64,000 bases of DNA from Penicillus capitatus (lineage: Eukaryota > Plantae > Chlorophyta), in contig OZ287697.1 in NCBI GenBank assembly GCA_965649825.1, forward strand, positions 62,001 to 126,000, read 5' to 3'. Under the pieces are notes generated by a model. That model saw only the letters and a program-made list of their open reading frames with translations, was not told where the DNA came from and did not search any database. Positions 49,701-58,212 of this stretch are shown piece by piece. Each line of letters starts with the position of its first letter. Position 1 is the first letter of the stretch. Both the position numbers and the translations under genes were made by a program.

Positions 49701-50091
49701 GTGTACCCGGATGACGATCATTCGAGTCGGCATTGTCCCTTTGCAACAAGCGCTGTTGCGTGTCGCGAAACTGAAAACGAACACAGGATATCGGCCGCTT
49801 CCTTGACAGAGCCGCCGTGGCGTAATACTCTCACCGCTTCTGGGTCGATGTCGACGGGTCGATTTTCGGCGATGACATCGACGGCCGTCTCTGCACCAAG
49901 AAACCAATTTGACGCGGCCCGGATAGACAAGAAGTCGGATGCTTGCCTCGCCGAGTGACAATGGGGTTTTCCGTGTGCAATGGATGGCGATAAGTGTGGT
50001 CGGCATTCGTGCTTTGGGGTTGCGCGCTTCCCGCCTGCAGAAACACGGCGACGAAAAGCAACTGACTCTTCACTCGACTACTGCGATACAT
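43745..50091 (-). CDS. Large Pmp-like right-handed beta-helix / Cys-rich / multi-pass membrane protein
   Basis: Signal peptide, many GG(A/S)(I/L/V) and FxxN repeats (934-aa exon), Cys-rich CELCSFDTY...CRPCPENGDC...KGYW, and a C-terminal block of several TM helices. Confidence 0.85.
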
Positions 50092-50870
50092 ATTTCCTCG
50101 TTGAAAATGCTTGTGTCTTAGAAGCTTCTGATCGTATTATATGTTTACGGAAATGAAAACTGATAATGTATGTCTTCAAAAGACGACAATGAGAACCCAC
50201 TCTCTTTCTCATCCCCGTCTTCTTGCTCCAGAAAAAGACGGGAACAGGTGCATGAACGCAATTCCGTGGTTGCCCAATAATGCATCAGCGACTACCTGTC
50301 GGCTGCAAATTTGGATCATGTGCATTGCCTGTTCGCGCCAGAGCAATGCAAATTGATCTGACCCATATATTTGCAACGGCAGAAAGCAGCTCAAGGCGCA
50401 TAGACAGTGAACGCACATATGAGTGGTGCGATGCCAAAGACATCTGAGGGTGTTCATCCATCAATTATATGACATCTGCTTCATCGTCGTAAGGTATTCA
50501 CCGAAATCGGAGTCCGTCGATGGACAAGCGGATGTTGTATCGGTTCTGCAAAGCTAGTCGGACGCGAGAATAGATTTCAGGCGTTTCGATCAAACCGTCT
50601 CCGAATCTAGACAGCTTTGCGTGATCCGTCGGGTTTAATCAAAATCAAACCGGTGACGCGATTTGACGATACTGTGGACAACTGGAAAGACAGATCTGTC
50701 GATGCATCCATCCGCTAGAGATCGACGAAACCACATGCTTCTCTCTCTTCATAATCAAGGTTACGCGGACTTCCGGCCGAATCGCTTTCCCAAAAGGCCA
50801 TCGATATCTGCTCGAAATGACTTTAAATAAAACGCGATCGTCATTGTAGAAACAAATACGAAGCGGTGGC

Positions 50871-50961
50871 TTGGGAAGAACGCGTACATTCTGGAGTTTT
50901 ACATGACGTCACTTGAGACAAGTACGTGCCACGAATGTCGTTTGGGAAGAACGCATACATT
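50871..50961 (+). repeat. Short direct repeat, 20 bp, one mismatch
   Basis: ttgggaagaacgcgtacatt (50871) and ttgggaagaacgcatacatt (50942). Confidence 0.7.
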
Positions 50962-51088
50962 TCTTAAGATTCAGTCGTCGAGTTCATCTTGGATTATTTA
51001 ACTTTACGGCAGAAGCGTAAGACGTAAAAATCCATACCGAGAATCCATCCCTTCGTTATCCCGCACCCCCACTGTACAAACCATAAAA

Positions 51089-51420
51089 AACGAAAACGGC
51101 AGTGCGTTGATTGGTCTAGTTCTAGCTCACGTTGGTTGCTTATTGAAAGATAAATGATCTAAGAACTGTAAACAATGTGTTCCATCGTATATAGATAAAC
51201 AAGAATGACAATGTGGTCATTGGTTTTGTTTCAGGTCAAGTGAATTGGATAGTGAAAGGCGAAACGTGAAATGTCTACGAACGGTAAACCGTGCGTTGCA
51301 TCGTCCGCAGAGGAACAAGAACGTCAGTGCGGTCATTGGTTTTGTTCTAGCTGATGTTCATTGGACAGTGAAGGATGAAATGAAATCAACATGAGATAAT
51401 GCAAAGTGTGTTGCATTATC
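51089..51420 (+). repeat. Three diverged tandem copies of a ~110-116 bp unit
   Basis: Units start at ~51089, 51198 and 51314. Shared blocks: aacaagaa...gtcattggttttgtt...attgga.agtgaa and gaac.gtaaac..tg.gtt.catcgt. Confidence 0.75.
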
Positions 51421-52871
51421 TCATGGGCTCGTCGCTGCATTACCTCTTATACACGTTAGAACAGTATTGACCTCGTCTGCGATCCAATTCTGCTCCGCGT
51501 TGGAAAGAGTGGAGAAAATTTTGTGTATTCTGGGGCTTTCGACCAGAAGCAGAACGCTTAGTTTTAAGCAGCCGGTCCCTTTATCATCCACCTGAGACCA
51601 GTAAACGGCGATTTCTGTTTGCAAACGCAGATAGATGGCCACCATTCACCTCGGCTTTCTGGAGGAATTTCGTCTTGCCTCTCGGCTGTGCCCTGAAACA
51701 TCTATCGATAGCAGAAGCTCGCCATCCGTTGTCTGGATCATCGATCTTTGACTGACGGCGATCAGGCAGTCCCATTGTCCTTCTGATCTCGAAATCGGTA
51801 TACGTAACCCTCAAGTACTGACGGCCAAACAGTAGCAGACAGAAGACAAAGGGCATAACGATAATGATCGCCCAGAATGGCGTCAAAATGAATATGAGAC
51901 AATGATTCCCTGTCCAAGCATCTGTCAAGGTAACCTACTCAAGAAGGATGTGTACCGTGATTGATGATGTGTGAGATGACAAGGTATGAAAAGTAACAGG
52001 TGGTTGCGAGTGTTGTCAGAAAGATAATGCCGAAGACAATGAGCATAATCATCCACCGTTTGCCTAACACCAAACATTAAGAAATTAGAAAAGAGTGAGA
52101 TAACGGACTCATGAATGGCCATTTCGGCGGAATATCGACTTCGAGGAAACATGGTCCGTATCTTCTGAGAGACAGGCGCCCATCTCCGGGTCCGGACTTC
52201 ACGTCGACGACGATTCCGCGTCTGTCGTCGAGGAGCTGTGAGTGGAATTCAGGCGGCAGAGCATACCGAGAGGGATGAACGGTCGTTTTGCAGCTGTTCG
52301 AGCGCAATGCGCGGATGGGCCGTCGCTGTCAAGTTGCTCCGTCGACGTCAAGACGCCAAAGAGTAAGAGCTTACTGTAATAATGTGAAAGCATTTGTCTT
52401 TTCCTTCTTCGATTTCGAACCAATCCGGTCGCAATAACTCGATGTCGACGTACTCCGCCAACAGTTTCTGCAAAACAATCTGCGGCGAAGGCGCAAAGAA
52501 GCGAGCGCAAATCACCGTCTTCGTTTTTTCGTAAGCATCGAGGTTGTACGGAGGTTGCGTGTCTCTCAGAGAAAAACAGTCGAAAACGATTTCGCCTTTG
52601 CCGTCGAGGTGCGCACACTAGAAACGCGGTAAAAGCGCCTCAACTTAGTGCGGCGTTGAAGAACAGGACGAGAAATGTACGCGACATATCGTTGTGTCTT
52701 TTGCACTCTGTAGTGTCTCCTCGACACGGTATCGACCATAAATAACGTCGCCGACGCGGTATGCAAGTTTAAGTTTGCCTTTGGACACAGACACACTCTT
52801 GTGAGTGTAGAAAGGCCACGGCGGTTTTGCCGAAAATCGCGCCGGCAGTAGAATTCACCTGCTGTGTTCAT
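51421..52871 (-). CDS. Degenerate kinase N-lobe + membrane domain protein (cyanobacterial-type Ser/Thr kinase relative); 5' end uncertain
   Basis: Manually spliced YRVGDVIYGRYRVEETLQSAKDTTICR/CAHLDGKGEIVFDCFSLRD.../IVLQKL...DWFEIEEGKDKCFHIIT; then LEVDIPP, TM LTPFWAII, and C-terminal STLSNAEQNWIADEVN. Confidence 0.5.
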
Positions 52872-53126
52872 TTTGAGAAGGAAATTCGTGCTCTTGCGAG
52901 AAACAAGTTCGCGCTGTAGAGGTTTGGATTGAAAAATCGCGAACTCCGTTCTTCAAAGAGCACGCCAGCTCTAGGGATAAGCGGTAACGGTTCGCACGTA
53001 TTCAACGATTATGAGAGCATGACATCATGCTTGATGACGTGGCGACAATGACGAGAGCATAACATCATGTCGTTTCCGAGTATTCAAACGGTCGTGACTC
53101 TTCTATGCGCCATAGTTTATGTTTGG

Positions 53127-53395
53127 TGTCGCCGGTCGAGTCGGACGAAAAGATATCAGCGAGAGACTTCTGTTACAAGTAATCGGAGCAAGGTCTGGAA
53201 TGGTTTAGACTGTCACTTATGTACTCGCATGGTGACGTGACATCCCTAAGCAGATGACTCATCCTGCTGCGAAAACCACAGAAAAAGACCTCAGACGCAC
53301 TTAGACCTCGTCTGACAAGACATTCAACACCCCCTGAGCACATGACCCCCTCTGCAACAAGACAGTCACATCGACAAAGGAAAATCTTGGCGACA
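53127..53395 (-). mobile_element. Older diverged solo-LTR-like sequence related to the adjacent element's LTR
   Basis: Termini TGTCGCC...GGCGACA. The reverse complement shares ordered blocks with the young LTR (cgatgtgac, gaggggg, agggggtg, tctgagg, aggatgagtca.ctgc, gtcaccatgc, ccttgctc, ttttcgt). No matching TSD. Confidence 0.8.
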
Positions 53396-53411
53396 GCCGG
53401 ATCGACGCATA

Positions 53412-53648
53412 TGTCGCCGAGCGATGTGACCCTGCCTCGTTTCTGAGGGGGCCACGGCCTAGGGGGGTGCTGGCTGACTCATTTGGAGGCGTTGTTCTCT
53501 GGCTCTGAGGCTAGGATGAGTCACCTGCCTCGTACAGTCGCGTCACCATGCTGGTATTTAAGGCGGAATCTGAACCACTGAACGCCTTGCTCTGTAAACA
53601 AGAAAGACTTCCGCTGTTATCGTTTTCGTTCGGCGCCTCCGCGCGACA
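53412..53648 (+). repeat. 5' LTR
   Basis: Identical by eye to 54951-55187. Confidence 0.95.
53475..53561 (+). promoter_or_regulatory. Putative LTR promoter: two inverted AP-1/GCN4-type sites and a TATA-like box
   Basis: TGACTCA 53475-53481, TGAGTCA 53517-53523, TATTTAA 53555-53561. The second site is conserved in the old LTR. Confidence 0.45.
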
Positions 53649-53660
53649 TGGTTTCGGAGC
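53649..53660 (+). other. Primer-binding site, initiator tRNA-Met-like
   Basis: TGGTTTCGGAGC versus canonical TGGTATCAGAGC (2 mismatches), immediately after the LTR. Confidence 0.75.
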
Positions 53661-53786
53661 GTCGTTGACGTTCCTCAGTTTGAACTCCGTCTGTGTGGCG
53701 TTGCGCATTTGCTGTGTGCTTTGCGCCCGTTGAGTCCTGACTAGGCGCACCTAGGCACAAGGAATTTCAAGGAAGCAGTAGCAAGG

Positions 53787-54887
53787 ATGAGTCAAGTACG
53801 AAGAGAAAGAGGGGTGGAGCAAGGTCACGGAGAGGAGGGGTTCTACCGTGTCGAGGATGCGGGGACGAGCTTGCTCAGTTGGCTCGGTTGTGATGCGGGG
53901 TTATACGCTTCCCCGTTGCCTTTTCAGTTAGTAAAGACGCGTCTTCGGGATGGCTCCCGTCCCCTCCGCGAGGGTTTCTTGATAGACGTACAATGGATGT
54001 ATGACTTTGCCTACTACATCTGTCCACGGCTGCAAGAGAGGAGAGACCTGCTGAACGGGGAACGGGGAAGAAAGGCCGAGAGAGAACAACTACAACAGCA
54101 GTTACGGCGCGAACAGCGAAGTGCGTCTGAAGCGCAGACGGCGTGTGCTAACGCGGTCAAGGAGAGCGAACGGTGGAAAGGGCTCCACGACGAGCTGTAC
54201 CGGGAGTTTGAGCAGGGGCTGCAACAAAACGCCTTGGCTGCGCAAGCGTGGGAGGAAGTGAATGGGAAAAACGAACGGCTATCAGGGGCGAATGCGAGGT
54301 TGCGACAGGACCTTGCCGAGGCGCAGCGAAGCAGCGTCAAGGCACAGCAAGATGCAAACGAGGCACGCATTGCAGCCTCCTCTACACAACAGAAGCTCGA
54401 AGAGACAGAGACGGCCTACGAAGAGGCCAAAAAACATTTCATTCGAGCACCTGATTTGGTGCTGAGTCTTCAGTCGTTGACTAACGAGGTAAAGACGCTG
54501 CAGGAGACCGTACAGACGAGCGGCGAAAGGACGACAGAAGCGGTGGCCAGGAGACCACCGGATGGACGAAATGAGAAGACGCTGCAGCAGATGAAGCGTG
54601 TGCTGCATGACATCGGTCGATATCCGCGGCGACGACGAAGAGAAAAGGCAGCCGACGCAGCTGACGATGGCGGAAGTGTCATCAAGCGCGGTCGGATTTG
54701 CTATGTGTGCCGGTGCAAGGGGCACTTGGCAAAAAACTGTCCGCAAGTGCGGACAGTTGGTACGACGTCAGCGGAACCGACGATGTCAGATGCAGAGCAA
54801 CGGCCGGCGGAATCAAGCGCAGAAGCGTCGTCTTCAGGATGGACCATTTTCTCTGCTCTAAGACGTTTTACCTCGGGCATCGACTGA
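53787..54887 (+). CDS. Gag-like ORF: long coiled coil + single CCHC zinc knuckle
   Basis: Intact, intronless 366 aa with CYVCRCKGHLAKNC (CX2CX4HX4C) and a heptad-rich E/Q/A/R middle. Confidence 0.85.
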   Translation: MSQVRRERGVEQGHGEEGFYRVEDAGTSLLSWLGCDAGLYASPLPFQLVKTRLRDGSRPLREGFLIDVQWMYDFAYYICPRLQERRDLLNGERGRKAEREQLQQQLRREQRSASEAQTACANAVKESERWKGLHDELYREFEQGLQQNALAAQAWEEVNGKNERLSGANARLRQDLAEAQRSSVKAQQDANEARIAASSTQQKLEETETAYEEAKKHFIRAPDLVLSLQSLTNEVKTLQETVQTSGERTTEAVARRPPDGRNEKTLQQMKRVLHDIGRYPRRRRREKAADAADDGGSVIKRGRICYVCRCKGHLAKNCPQVRTVGTTSAEPTMSDAEQRPAESSAEASSSGWTIFSALRRFTSGID

Positions 54888-54950
54888 AGGCGTTAGATTC
54901 TTTCGTGGGGGCTTGTTTGCAGTGTCTTCGGAGTTTGGCGGGAAGCGTGG

Positions 54951-55187
54951 TGTCGCCGAGCGATGTGACCCTGCCTCGTTTCTGAGGGGGCCACGGCCTA
55001 GGGGGGTGCTGGCTGACTCATTTGGAGGCGTTGTTCTCTGGCTCTGAGGCTAGGATGAGTCACCTGCCTCGTACAGTCGCGTCACCATGCTGGTATTTAA
55101 GGCGGAATCTGAACCACTGAACGCCTTGCTCTGTAAACAAGAAAGACTTCCGCTGTTATCGTTTTCGTTCGGCGCCTCCGCGCGACA
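54951..55187 (+). repeat. 3' LTR
   Basis: Identical by eye to 53412-53648; followed by TSD GCATA. Confidence 0.95.
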
Positions 55188-55682
55188 GCATATGGGAAGA
55201 TCAGAGACAAGGGGTTCAGTGGCTTCGTAGTTGGTTGTAGAGACAAGAATGAACATCGTTTGTGTCCTCCTCGGTTGTAAGGATCGACATGAGTCCCTCT
55301 CTGTTTTTTGTGTATAACAAAGTTGAGCATTGTGTCACATCTTTAAAGAAGTTATACATGTCCTCGAGTAGTGTGCGCAAACATCTTTCTCCTTAGTTTT
55401 CGAACATGCCGTGTGACAAACTCAAATGCCAGGCAGATATATATCATCGAAGCAATGACAGTGTTGCGGCCCCGCCGCGCCAACGCGCAGAAACGCGAAC
55501 GACGATGAAGGCGTATCGACTACAAAGACTGTTTTCAACATTTGTCGTGCAGGTTACATAGCCACAGAATAGACAAACACGTCACATCAAACAAACGAGC
55601 ACGGTTCTGAGCCTCTTCTTTGTCAGCTGCGCGAAGGTGGACAGCTGTGACAGTGACAGATGATTTTGCAGTCGAATCGCAC

Positions 55683-57024
55683 ATGATGATGATTGGCACA
55701 AAAATGCGACAAAAGTCCGTGGCGAAGAAGAGAAAGCGTCGTGTGCGGATCGCAGCGGTCGATAAGAAAAGCAACGGAGGTGCTCAAAACAAGCACTTTT
55801 TGACATTATCCGAAACGCCACTTGACGCTTCACTGCTCGTGAAGAGTACACCTCAGCGAAGCTGTGGATTCGGCTTACCCCTGATTTTTTAGACAGTAAA
55901 GAACAGAGTGACTTGCTCAAAACCTCTGTCTCGATTCTGCTCGAAGCGGATCGGAAGTTCGTCTCCGAATCATGGCAGATGGGGAGTCGTTTCAAAAGAC
56001 AAAGAACACAGGTCCGCCAACACACACCCCTGTCCAATCAACCCCACTTCTCCGTTTTGCAGAGCAAGGCGAGGACCGAAGAGCAGCCGAGGGTCGCAGC
56101 GAAAGAGACGTCAAATGGTTTGCATGAGTGGAAGTCGGCACGAGATCTCTTTCCGTCTGACGACAATGTCTCTTTCCACGAGTGCGGCTTGGACGAGCGG
56201 CTCTGTAACGAATCGATGAGCGAAAAGCAATGGCAGCGGCCGACTGATGTGCAGCGATGGTTGACGTCTGCTGTATTGGCAGGCCATGATGTGATCTGTG
56301 GCGCTGGAAAGGGAACAGGAAAGACGAGTGGCTACATCCTTCCCATTGTCCAGCGTCTGATGCATCATCAGCCACGTCTGTCCCGTGCCGATGGCACACA
56401 TGCTGTCGTTCTCTGTCAGAATGTACAGGAGTGTCAGAAAACGGCAGAGATGTTTATGTCCATCATGAAGAAATGCTGCTGGTGGCTCACGTGCAGCGTC
56501 TTCGCTGGTCCCGTTCGATCCTGATTCGGCTATCCGGAGCGACGGACTGTTATAGGGGGTGAGAATCGAAACCATGAGAAATCACGTCTGAGGAAAGGAG
56601 TGACAGTTATGGTGACGACCGAGACGCGACTGCTGGATCATCTAGAGGTTACGCTATTGCACTCTGATGATTCGAGAATAGCAACGCTGTGCAGAATACG
56701 GCGGCGTTTGGGACGAGCAACGTGGAGATTTTTGTGGTGGACGAAGTTTCACTCTTGCTGTCTTCGAAGAGAGGGGGAAAACTCCGCAGAGCAAATCAGT
56801 TGCTTCAGAGCTCCTTGCAGTCTGGAGGGAAACAGAGAATGCAGAATGTCATTTGCACTTCTGGTTGGCATCCAGAATTGGCTTTTCTCTGCCTGTGCAT
56901 GCTTCGAAATCCAGTGAGCATTGGATTCAACTTCTGCCAAAGCAAAAACCGGAGATGGAGCGCGACAGTCGAGGGAAAGTGGACGTCGGAAGAGAAAGAG
57001 TCCAAGTCTAAGGAGAGGCAGTAA
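55683..57024 (+). CDS. DBP7/DDX31-like DEAD-box protein, degenerate and apparently RecA1-only
   Basis: PTDVQ, GTGKTSGYILPIVQRL...RADGTHAVV, GENRNHEKSRLRKGVTVMV, RLLDHL, VVDEVS; the frame ends soon after motif III. Start approximate. Confidence 0.65.
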
Positions 57025-57284
57025 CCGAAGCATGGATGATACGTGAGGCCGTCCGAGGTTGAAGGTCATTCTTTGTCGATCGAAAGCTGATAAGACTGTG
57101 ACAACTTTGTGATTGCTATTGTCATTACGCAGTCGTTTTAACAACCGATTCTTACAAAAGAGAGAGTCTTTCTTCCTTTACGCCCTTCCTTAAATACCTC
57201 CTGATCTGGAGGGGCGACTAATATGCCGTTGATCCGATGACTACAAATGCAATGATTACTCATCGTCCTAGTATTGTCTACAGG

Positions 57285-57857
57285 AGCCCACAACTATAAA
57301 GATCACACATCTTTTGTTATTTCTGATGACATTGCTCGCGAACTTGGACAGTTCAGTATGCTGCCAGAGATAATGGTTCCTCAGAGAGGTGAAAAGAAAA
57401 CGAAAAAGAGTCTCATCGTCAAAACAGGGACCAAGTGAGTGTATGAGATAGCATTTGGACAAATGAACGGGCAGTATTTATTCCGCGAACAAAATCGTGG
57501 CAGGAATAGAGTCGTCTTTAATCATCTGCGCATAAGTCAGTTGAAGTGTCCTTTTGGTTCTCTGGTAAAGAGAAGGTATTCAGGTTATCGCATCGACCAT
57601 ACTTTATGCGACAACTCGAACAGAGATCAACGACGAAGAGAGAGATCATTACAACAAGCTCGTGCAAACGCCGACATAGACCGTGCGCATTTCCAGGCAA
57701 TGCTGATCATACATTGGTACCGAGGCTAAACAGAGGGCCAGCTAAAAGTAAGTTATGGTTTGTTCCTATGTTCCTATCTAGCATGATGTGGGCTAGATGC
57801 GGGGTTTTGACAGTCGAAACTGAAGAGAGGGCTAAAGTGAAGATACACCTACCTTAG
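57285..57857 (+). CDS. Possible hypothetical gene (exon fragments)
   Basis: An open exon GAHNYKDHTSFV...LIVKTGTK is flanked by ctacag| and |gtgagt. The rest is unresolved. Confidence 0.25.
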
Positions 57858-58212
57858 GTTATAAACCACTCATTGCTTTTCACTCGAGCGGCAAAATAGA
57901 GAGAGTGCTAGACTGCCTTGTCCACTGCGTCGAGAGGCGACATTATCGCCTTTATAAGGAACGACAATCACGAGATGTCATCCTTTTTTGTGCACAACAC
58001 GCGACGGTACAAATAACAGGGGTGAAGTCACACGCATCTCCTAGACACTTATGGAGGCGGCCAGGGATAGGCATCGTCGCCATTTTACAGTCAGAAATAC
58101 GGACGACGCCATCGTGAACACCATCCATCATTTCTATTCCGTGGCCATAATGAATACATGAAGGCCATTCCGTTTGCAGGCGAGATCGGACGGACACGTC
58201 GTGCCCATCAAG

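Larger units (their letters stand above)
53412..55187 (+). mobile_element. Complete non-autonomous LTR retroelement, 1776 bp, single ORF, no pol
   Basis: Two 237-bp LTRs with TGTCGC...GCGACA ends; 5-bp TSD GCATA (53407-53411, 55188-55192); PBS TGGTTTCGGAGC directly after the 5' LTR; G-rich tract before the 3' LTR. Confidence 0.95.

Noticed and set aside
9347-50912. Scattered TGACGTCA / CATGAC-rich motifs in intergenic DNA (e.g. ~9347, ~22721, ~50905)
   Set aside because: There are too few instances to distinguish from chance without a genome-wide enrichment test.
51089-51420. CRISPR-like array
   Set aside because: The context is eukaryotic, the units are long and diverged with no repeat-spacer structure, and there are no cas genes.
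53511-55330. Minus-strand ORFs at 53511-53750, 55050-55256 and 55097-55330
   Set aside because: They share sequence only because they read through the identical LTRs, and they have no protein features.
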